From a virus (taxonomy: Duplodnaviria > Caudoviricetes), in IMG/VR virus record IMGVR_UViG_3300020045_009801, positions 1 through 34,772 of that record: a stretch of DNA of 34,772 nucleotides. The stretch is one strand, 5' to 3'. Positions within the stretch are counted from its first letter, which is position 1, and each line of letters begins with the position of its first letter. The notes under the pieces were generated by a model that worked only from the letters and a program-made list of their open reading frames with translations, was not told where the DNA came from and did not search any database. Below, one piece after another: positions 28,272 through 34,771 of the stretch. Position numbers and translations under genes: made by a program.

Positions 28272-28515
28272 AGATAAAAAGTATTTGTTTGTAATCGATT
28301 TGAGTCAACTCAATATCTCCTATCCAAACTTTCTGTCCTCCTTTAAGAACGGATAATCTATCTCCGTCCTTTACTTGAGGCTCTCCTTCAGGGGCTCGTC
28401 CTGCCAACACGACATTGACATCAATTAATTTCGAATTGTCACTTACGACAATTACAGACTCGCGCTTAATTGGTACTACGAGTAACTTTTCTGGGATTGA
28501 TCTTCGGGAGGTCAT
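28261..28515 (-). CDS. Short divergent GroES-like protein
   Basis: KLLVVP...VVLAG....PQVKDGDR......QILF pattern; mobile-loop region short. Confidence 0.55.
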   Translation of the reverse strand: MTSRRSIPEKLLVVPIKRESVIVVSDNSKLIDVNVVLAGRAPEGEPQVKDGDRLSVLKGGQKVWIGDIELTQIDYKQILFIYEY

Positions 28516-28723
28516 AGTTTGGAATAATGTCAGGTTTGCGGGTTACGATCAGTTCGTAGCCTTCTGTTTTTGTTTCGAACCTCCGGTTGCATGAGAGTTG
28601 GTAGTTATTGATCGTTGATCGGATAACCATCGTTCTCTGCCCCCAGAATTTCACATCCTCTCCTACTTTCAATTTCTTGATCGTAGGGAGTATTGCTTTA
28701 GGGTAATCGTCTTCTCTTGCCAT
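28466..28723 (-). CDS. Small putative DNA-binding protein
   Basis: LKVGE...F...RSTI...F.TKT...IVTR; first gene after a promoter. Confidence 0.6.
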   Translation of the reverse strand: MAREDDYPKAILPTIKKLKVGEDVKFWGQRTMVIRSTINNYQLSCNRRFETKTEGYELIVTRKPDIIPNYDLPKINPRKVTRSTN

Positions 28724-28745
28724 AAATAGTTTTTAAATTTCAATG

Positions 28746-28776
28746 CAAATATATAAATTATAAATCAATATATAAA
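28746..28776 (-). promoter_or_regulatory. Promoter TTTA-N19-TATATTTG
   Basis: Consensus -7 element, intergenic. Confidence 0.6.
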
Positions 28777-28789
28777 CATACGAAGAAAA

Positions 28790-29005
28790 TTATTTTGATT
28801 GTCGTTCAATCCACTCTTTCTTAAAATCTTCGAGGGATTGTCTAGGATTAAGCACTCCGGCAAGAGCCATACCTGTTCCTAAGTAGTCAGGATCCGGATA
28901 AGCTTTATATCTGAAGTTTTGTGGTACTGAGAGTACATGTGTTCTACTGTGGACTACTTTAGTCTGGAACATGTCGGATACTTTGACTGGGTCTTTCATG
29001 GTCAT
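28790..29005 (-). CDS. Hypothetical protein
   Basis: ORF in the operon. Confidence 0.55.
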   Translation of the reverse strand: MTMKDPVKVSDMFQTKVVHSRTHVLSVPQNFRYKAYPDPDYLGTGMALAGVLNPRQSLEDFKKEWIERQSK

Positions 29006-29008
29006 AGA

Positions 29009-29617
29009 TTAAGTATTTATGCTTATACTATTATTGATTATATCAATGTCTATTATTTCATACTCCATCTCATTGTCGATTAAGCATTTAATAATAAATT
29101 CCTTGTGTTTATTTTTAGTATCCAGTAGGACTCCATTGTTATAAAAACAAAGAGAATCTTTATCTTTTACGAGATGCCTATGTATTAGGTAGTGGGTTGG
29201 TTTATCTAAAATAAACACGGAGTGCGGAAAATTATAATTCCAGTGGTGTATGTATTTATTCCTATCCAAATTTATTTTTTTTTTGAGAAATACCTATTTG
29301 AGTTTTTGGATCCTGTTATATCAGGATTCTCCGTCATAAATTTTGCATTTGACTCTTTTATTTTTTTCTGGATTATTCTTGGCCCACATCCTTGCCTTGT
29401 CCCTATACTCCAATCTATAATATTTATTCCTACCCCTAACTCTTTCTGCATCAAGACCTTCTGGGGTTGATCTATTGTTGAATCCTATTCTTGAGCTATC
29501 TATTTTTGCACATTCTTTGCACTTACCAAGATGCCCATCTCCCATCGCTGGATGTTTATAAAATTCAGAGATGTCCTTTTCTTTGTTACACTTAAAGCAA
29601 ATCTTTGTATATCCCAT
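29009..29617 (-). pseudogene. HNH-like endonuclease gene split by two compensating frameshifts at poly-A runs
   Basis: N-terminal CxxC..EFYKH...CKEC, a middle piece in another frame, C-terminal HHWNY...H..IH back in the original frame. Confidence 0.7.
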
Positions 29618-29639
29618 TTCATTAAATTTAATTATTATA

Positions 29640-29673
29640 CAAAGATATTAATTAAAATGGAAGTTATACTAAA
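29640..29673 (-). promoter_or_regulatory. Promoter (-7 TATCTTTG)
   Basis: TAnnTTTG match just upstream of ATG 29617. Confidence 0.5.
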
Positions 29674-30061
29674 ATGGAACATCCTGTCCATCGTCTGCTG
29701 TGCTGCTTTGAAATCCTGCGCTCTCGGCACGTTGCTGAACAGCGGAGTTATACTCAGAGGTTTCTGCACCGGCTAATTCCATTTTCCACAGTTTTAGGTT
29801 GGTGGCATAAGCGAGTTGTCCATTTGCTTTGCTCGTGTACTCATTCCCGACTACATTGGCGTGAACTGTAACGGTAGCCCCTGCTTTGAATTTGTCGATA
29901 ATTGGATACTTGTCGGTTGATACCTGAATCTCGTACTTGTTACTGTACTTGTCATTGGTCATGTTCGGTTCTTTAACCCGCAGGAATCGGGATTTAAACC
30001 CATTCTTGTCAATCTCCGGAGTAATGGAGATAATTTGTCCTGTAAATACTAATGCTGCCAT
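29669..30061 (-). CDS. DUF3127-like OB-fold (SSB-like) protein
   Basis: G.II.I....F.SR....KY.N....G..VTV..N..G.EY....L..WK; acidic DDGQDVPF tail. Confidence 0.8.
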   Translation of the reverse strand: MAALVFTGQIISITPEIDKNGFKSRFLRVKEPNMTNDKYSNKYEIQVSTDKYPIIDKFKAGATVTVHANVVGNEYTSKANGQLAYATNLKLWKMELAGAETSEYNSAVQQRAESAGFQSSTADDGQDVPF

Positions 30062-30229
30062 TTTATAATTGGTTTAAAAATGATTCGAAATGAACCGGAC
30101 AGTGCAAACCTATCCGGTTCTGCAAACTACACAGCTTAAAGTTGATGTAGAATTTCTTCCTTTACCCGATGCTGATTAAAGCATGGAACCCCTATCCTAT
30201 AAGCCACAATCAAAATTTTCAAAGTACTG

Positions 30230-30302
30230 AGGAAATACAAAGACTCGAACTTTGTGACCAATTCCCGACTTGCTTTGTCAGCCTAATCATTGGGTTATTT
30301 CC
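30230..30302 (-). ncRNA. tRNA-like element (73 nt) with canonical T arm and non-canonical D/anticodon arms
   Basis: Acceptor GGAAAUA/UAUUUCC, T arm CAAAG-UUCGAGU-CUUUG, arm CUGAC-AAAGCAA-GUCGG. Confidence 0.6.
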
Positions 30303-30565
30303 GTCCCACTACCTAAGTCAGTGCAGTGATTCTGTCCTTTTATTTCGTACCCTTAGGATCGGGCTTTGTGATTGGCTAACCGATCAAAGTATGCCAACCT
30401 GATTTGTTGAAATTTTAAATGCATTTAGTCGTAGCGGATAGATTTTACCATCCTGCTTCTGAGTTTTAAATTACTAGCGCATAACTAACTTCTCCTTTCT
30501 ATTCGTGTTAAAAACTTCTTAGTGCCTGGAAACCCCCGACTTATTTCAGATCGAGGGTTCAAGTT

Positions 30566-30719
30566 TAGATGTGCGGAAATGAGTTTCGGTTTAAGACTCC
30601 GGCCCACTTTCTGTCAAAGAGTGTAGTTTGAGATTTCCTGTTTGGTTTAGTTATCAGGAATCCCCATTTAGTGACAATTGTAACTGTCTGTATAATTACT
30701 ACCACTTCTGGCACATCTA
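30566..30719 (-). ncRNA. Putative ~155-nt multi-stem structured RNA
   Basis: Closing stem UAGAUGUGC/GCACAUCUA encloses four or five hairpins; G:U pairs favour the minus strand. Confidence 0.5.
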
Positions 30720-30766
30720 CTGTCAATGGATACTTCAACATATAATAGAACTTAGTGATTTCGAAT

Positions 30767-30904
30767 GCCCCTAACGTTAGGGCGACCCGTCCAACTACGC
30801 TGCTACTTTAGCTTCGCTATTGAAAAGTGAAATTGTTTTGCCTGTTACGGCTTGTCGCTCTCTTCTATCCATACTATCTGCCAGTCAAACCTAAAGTCTC
30901 CCCC
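30767..30904 (-). ncRNA. ssrA: Permuted tmRNA, coding piece
   Basis: Begins GGGGGAGAC...GGUUUGAC; P2 strands; tag ORF; terminal hairpin GCCCUAACGUUAGGGGC (3' end approximate). Confidence 0.88.
30795..30842 (-). other. tmRNA tag reading frame (A)GKTISLFNSEAKVAA*
   Basis: UAACA then GGC resume codon; ends in AA-stop. Confidence 0.85.
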
Positions 30905-30907
30905 CGA

Positions 30908-30986
30908 TGGTGCGCGGTCGGATTTTAACCGAACCTTGGCCGTAATTATTTATCTTCGATGGCCCTATTCTTCAGAACTTCCGCAC
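30908..30986 (-). ncRNA. tRNA-like element with encoded CCA inside the tmRNA intervening sequence
   Basis: GUGCGG/CCGCGC-A-CCA; D-like GUUC/GAAU; GGCC/GGCC stem with 19-nt loop; UCGG-UUAAAAU-CCGA. Confidence 0.65.
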
Positions 30987-31039
30987 TTTTTTTTGACAGT
31001 ACTAACGCGACTGGTTAGCGATCAATTGGCGAATCGATG

Positions 31040-31100
31040 TGGAGGAGGTCGGATCTGCCCCGACGTGTTGACAGTTTCAAAATAGCCTCAATGAACGACT
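31040..31100 (-). ncRNA. ssrA: Permuted tmRNA, acceptor piece
   Basis: T arm GUCGG-GGCAGAU-CCGAC, then CUCCUCC-A pairing with GGGGGAG including G3:U70; CCA not encoded; 5' end approximate. Confidence 0.88.
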
Positions 31101-31103
31101 CAA

Positions 31104-31135
31104 CAAAGATCGGAATAAATAAATATATATACAAA
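31104..31135 (-). promoter_or_regulatory. Promoter for the tmRNA locus, TTTG-N20-GATCTTTG
   Basis: One mismatch to consensus; directly upstream of the acceptor piece. Confidence 0.55.
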
Positions 31136-31152
31136 TTATTTGCCCATTATTT

Positions 31153-31187
31153 TAAAACAAAAATGCCCCTGAATTACCAGAGGCATT
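31153..31187 (-). terminator. Intrinsic terminator
   Basis: aatgcc-c-ctg / cag-a-ggcatt hairpin followed by a U-tract on the minus strand. Confidence 0.7.
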
Positions 31188-31266
31188 AACTTAACCAATA
31201 ACCCAAACCAACTAACTAAACTGACCGATTAAATATATAAAGATTATTGGTTAAATCAACGCATGG

Positions 31267-31620
31267 CTAAAATAGTTCTGATCCGGTACAATACCTATAA
31301 AGGTTCTGAAGTTCGTCAAGGTAGTCAATGTCTCTTATCTTTTGACCTTGTACGATCCATTCAAAGCTCATCGATGTGTAATTAAAAGAAAGCCTTCCGG
31401 GCATTCCGTTTAAAACAAATGAATTAGCTCCGGTCTTTTCGAATCCTGGCACATTCTTTAATTGCGATTCAGATAAATAAACCCGGGTAACGTCAGTAAC
31501 TTCAAATTCGGATCCATCTTTGATGATTATCCTGATGCTGTCCTGATCCGGAATAACAATTTTGGATAATCCATGTTCGGTCTGTACGAAATTGCCTGAT
31601 CTGAAATCTTTAAGGTCCAT
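31267..31620 (-). CDS. Small Bacteroidota-phage protein, paralog of 6585..6917
   Basis: DFRSGNFV...GFEK...YLDELQNLY...TG.EL. Confidence 0.75.
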   Translation of the reverse strand: MDLKDFRSGNFVQTEHGLSKIVIPDQDSIRIIIKDGSEFEVTDVTRVYLSESQLKNVPGFEKTGANSFVLNGMPGRLSFNYTSMSFEWIVQGQKIRDIDYLDELQNLYRYCTGSELF

Positions 31621-31939
31621 TTATTTTTCTTAATTGCGATACTATTGGCCAATATAACTTCCTTTTCCGACATCTTCCGATTAAATCCAGCGCGATCATA
31701 TAGCTAACTTCTTTTCTGGGACCGCCATAGCCATAACTTTTGAAAATGAACTCATCAGAATCTTCAAGTAGTGGAGGAAATTCTCCTGGACTTACGATAG
31801 CAACTACCGATCCTTGTTTTATCGTTCCGGAGGATTCCCATTCCACTCTGTCATCAATATTTAATTCGTGCTCTGTCCTGGTCTTGGTAATCACGACTTG
31901 ACATAAGCATTCGAATTCTATTGATCGGATTCGGTACAT
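31610..31939 (-). CDS. Hypothetical protein (SH3-like pattern)
   Basis: DRVEWES.G..K.G.VVAIV...SY......LYWP.VSQL. Confidence 0.65.
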   Translation of the reverse strand: MYRIRSIEFECLCQVVITKTRTEHELNIDDRVEWESSGTIKQGSVVAIVSPGEFPPLLEDSDEFIFKSYGYGGPRKEVSYMIALDLIGRCRKRKLYWPIVSQLRKINGP

Positions 31940-32520
31940 TACTCGGTGATGAGTTGGAAGTCTGTGTGTAGAACAGAATGTCTTTTCCGGTCATCTCCGA
32001 TTAGAACAAGTGATCTCGGATCAACAGTATCACTTTCATATCTTTCGTAATAATGACCAATCTCGAAGTTATGGACGAAATCATTGCATAAGTACTTGCC
32101 GATATTTGGATTCTTCTTTACTTCCGTGACTTTAACAAAATGACCTTTCTCGTCGCGGGGTTCATTCTTGCGGGAGATTTTGTCCCTGAGTTTTTTATTT
32201 TCATCTTCCACAGCAATCTTATAATTTAGCAAACTTCTATTCGCCTCCAGTAGTCTGACATTTTCAGTTTCAAGCTCAATACATTTCCTTCGAAATATAT
32301 CCTCATTCTTGTGAGCGTTCTGAACTTTGATTAGATCATCGGCTTGCAAATGAATATCTTCTGCAAGCATAGCACCTTGATCTTTAATGGTTTGTTTGGC
32401 ATTACTTAAAGCGTTATGCAAGAACGCCACATAGACAATTACCGCTAGTCCTATACATACGCAGATAGCAGGGATCAAATCTTCAAGTGTTTGCATTAAT
32501 TCAGGGCTGAATGGTGTCAT
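31939..32520 (-). CDS. Membrane-anchored coiled-coil protein
   Basis: N-terminal hydrophobic helix, coiled coil, PRDEKGHF motif. Confidence 0.7.
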   Translation of the reverse strand: MTPFSPELMQTLEDLIPAICVCIGLAVIVYVAFLHNALSNAKQTIKDQGAMLAEDIHLQADDLIKVQNAHKNEDIFRRKCIELETENVRLLEANRSLLNYKIAVEDENKKLRDKISRKNEPRDEKGHFVKVTEVKKNPNIGKYLCNDFVHNFEIGHYYERYESDTVDPRSLVLIGDDRKRHSVLHTDFQLITE

Positions 32521-32689
32521 GATTTTTAGTTTTATTGTTAGTAATTAATTCAAATTCCCAATCGATATACTCGCTCCAGGCTTTAGGTTCGCTACCGGGA
32601 GTGATCAAAACAAATTCAAGGTCTTTGCAGTAATGGCTACTTCTGCAACCAAAGAGCTTACCGCAGTTATTGCATTTGAATAGTGGCAT
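32501..32689 (-). CDS. Small Cys-containing protein
   Basis: MPLFKCNNCGK...; ATG 32689 coupled (TAATG) to the upstream gene. Confidence 0.5.
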   Translation of the reverse strand: MPLFKCNNCGKLFGCRSSHYCKDLEFVLITPGSEPKAWSEYIDWEFELITNNKTKNHDTIQP

Positions 32690-32967
32690 TATAGTTTTCT
32701 TAGTATTGCATTGGCCCATTCCCTGGCATCTTCAATCATCCAATCATCATCATGATCGACAATGATAGAGTACAGTTCGTCAAAATCATCCTTAATTTCA
32801 GCCAACTTCTTCTCTGATGCCAGTTGTTTGGTGGCTAAATCTTCGAGCCAAGAAAGGTACTCTTCGGTAGGAACGTCAAGATATTCACCCTCGTCAGTGC
32901 AGATATTGTCTGTTGTCGCTGAAGTTCCGGTATCCGCTTTAAATTTAAGTTGTAGTTCTGTTATCAT
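32689..32967 (-). CDS. Hypothetical acidic protein
   Basis: L.LKFK.DTG...EYLSWLE motif. Confidence 0.7.
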   Translation of the reverse strand: MITELQLKFKADTGTSATTDNICTDEGEYLDVPTEEYLSWLEDLATKQLASEKKLAEIKDDFDELYSIIVDHDDDWMIEDAREWANAILRKL

Positions 32968-32972
32968 TTGAT

Positions 32973-33095
32973 TTACATTAAAGTATCTACGTTATAATGC
33001 TGTAAAATCTGTAGTACGCACCAGAAGAATGCCAGTGCAATGATCAGGGCGATAACCACAATGTCCGGATGTTTGAATTTATTGAAGTGTTTCAT
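32973..33095 (-). CDS. 40-aa single-pass membrane peptide (not in the ORF track)
   Basis: MKHFNKFKHPDIVVIALIIALAFFWCVLQILQHYNVDTLM*. Confidence 0.55.
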   Translation of the reverse strand: MKHFNKFKHPDIVVIALIIALAFFWCVLQILQHYNVDTLM

Positions 33096-33249
33096 CAATA
33101 TTTATGGTTTTTATTATTCAACATCAACTTCTTTTGATTCTCGCGCTGTTTCCGGAGTTCGGCTTCATTACGGGAGCCGCCCTGGATAGATGAATACGCT
33201 AGGGTGGGTTGATTCGGAATAAAGGCGGGGATATTACTTCGTTTCTTTT

Positions 33250-33816
33250 TCATTTGATCGTATTTATGTCGATTATAATTCCTTTTTCAAAATAAGACTG
33301 ATCGCCTAGCCAGAAGTGCCATGAGTAGAGTTGTTGAAAGAGTTGGAGTTGGTTATGGATATTAAGGGTGTGATTTCTCTTTTCGGTAGCTATTAAGTAA
33401 CAGAACCCACCCTCTCTATCGTAATAAAAGCAATGATCAGAGCAATTACATCCGAATTCAAATAACGAGTTATTTACAGAAAACTCACCTTTTATCTTCA
33501 AGTTTACGTTTGCCATTTTAGCTAATTCAACAATAGGAGTTTTGCCACTTTCAAGGCATGGGAGGATCAGGTCGGATAAGGGGTGGAGAATCGGACTAAA
33601 ATCGTTCAACCTAAAACCTTTTCCTGCCAATCCAAATGGTTTTAAAAACTTATCGTCATGCGTCCAATACTTCCAATTTCCATGGTTTACAAAGGAGTCA
33701 AGAATAAATATTTTATTGGTAACAACCCTTCCATCCAAAGTGTCATGTAGATAAGTGCATCTTAACCCACTCGCCAGATACGGAGTCAAATCTTTTAATT
33801 CAAGTTTTTCATTCAT
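33250..33816 (-). CDS. Bacteroidota-phage protein, paralog of 27463..27855
   Basis: KLELKDLTPYL..GL...PILHPLSDL...WHF...IDINT. Confidence 0.75.
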   Translation of the reverse strand: MNEKLELKDLTPYLASGLRCTYLHDTLDGRVVTNKIFILDSFVNHGNWKYWTHDDKFLKPFGLAGKGFRLNDFSPILHPLSDLILPCLESGKTPIVELAKMANVNLKIKGEFSVNNSLFEFGCNCSDHCFYYDREGGFCYLIATEKRNHTLNIHNQLQLFQQLYSWHFWLGDQSYFEKGIIIDINTIK

Positions 33817-33840
33817 TTTGATCAGTTTTTAATTTCTCCG

Positions 33841-33873
33841 CAAATATAAATAAATATATATACATCATCCAAA
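33841..33873 (-). promoter_or_regulatory. Consensus promoter TTTG-N21-TATATTTG
   Basis: Exact Bacteroidota consensus upstream of ATG 33816. Confidence 0.75.
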
Positions 33874-34075
33874 CATTTGATAAACTTTTTTACGAGAAAG
33901 TAGATATGGGTGTTTTTTGGAGACTACCGGGGCTGTTTATGAGAGTTCGGATATTTTACCAACCCCCGTACATGAGCCATATCTTAGTTTTAAGCCACGA
34001 TCTCTGTTAAGATATACAAACTATCCACTTTGGGCGTGATCGTCCGAATATGGTCACTGTGGTAGGCAGAAATAG

Positions 34076-34771
34076 CTATTGATCGAAGTTGAGTTCATCC
34101 AATGCAGTTTTATCAGTAACACTGAGGTCATCTATGCCGCAAAACCCATTGCATTCCATCAGAGGTTTTGGTTCCCGGCCAGACATCATTGAAATATCTT
34201 TTACGTCCGGGAATTCAGGATTATGTTTTAGGAATACATACCCGCCATCCTTGCCTTGATCTTTCAGCATTGTTACCGGCTTGCCTTTAACCAAACTTAG
34301 TTCGTGCTCCATATCCGCCATAGCGGAAAATTTTTCCGGATATTCCCGACCCATTTTCTGCCAATACCCGATTCCACCCTGAACGCATCCAGTCTTAAAA
34401 CAGTTGTTATTGTGAAATCCCAGACCATAAACTCGCGGTGGTTTAATCCCGGCATCCTGAATAATCTTAAACAAGTCCTTCTTTTGCAGTCCCATCATCA
34501 TTAACGGATATATCGGGTTCGACTCCGGATAATTCATACTCATTCCAATCCCTCTCTTCGCTTCTTTAATGTCAAACCCGTGCGCCTGAAACGAATATTT
34601 CTGAGTTCGTTGAAATTCCAGTCTGATCTCGCGCTTCAATTCCGATGAGCATATTGCGCCGTTTGCCACATTCAATGATTTGTACTTTCTCCACACATCC
34701 TGAATCGAATCATATTTCCGGCCAATGAAAGTTAATCGCTCGATTTTCTTTCCATACCAAACCTCACAGTC
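34076..34771 (-). CDS. PAPS-reductase-like (adenine-nucleotide alpha-hydrolase) phage protein, 5' partial
   Basis: Frame open to the window end (DCEVWYGKKI...); CS.ELK, GFD..E..R, YPL, P..Y.LGF.NNNC..GCV.GG.GYW. Confidence 0.75.
   Translation of the reverse strand, partial: DCEVWYGKKIERLTFIGRKYDSIQDVWRKYKSLNVANGAICSSELKREIRLEFQRTQKYSFQAHGFDIKEAKRGIGMSMNYPESNPIYPLMMMGLQKKDLFKIIQDAGIKPPRVYGLGFHNNNCFKTGCVQGGIGYWQKMGREYPEKFSAMADMEHELSLVKGKPVTMLKDQGKDGGYVFLKHNPEFPDVKDISMMSGREPKPLMECNGFCGIDDLSVTDKTALDELNFDQ

Noticed and set aside
30230-30302. Functional tRNA-Ala(AGC)
   Set aside because: No G3:U70, no U33 and a poor D arm; reported only as tRNA-like
30092-30386. Isolated hairpins gaaccgga/tccggttc (30092-30120) and gatcgg/ccgatc (~30357-30385)
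   Set aside because: Real inverted repeats, but too little evidence to call them terminators or separate RNAs
30566-30719. Lysine riboswitch (AGAUGUGC start, multi-stem)
   Set aside because: The other conserved L-box motifs are not evident and no metabolic gene follows
30169-31085. ORFs 30169..30402 and 30852..31085 (+)
   Set aside because: Antisense to tRNA-like and tmRNA elements; no protein features
595-34504. Many plus-strand ORFs in the track (e.g. 595..1113, 3409..3708, 5116..5463, 23550..23972)
   Set aside because: Antisense shadows of well-supported minus-strand genes, with no motifs
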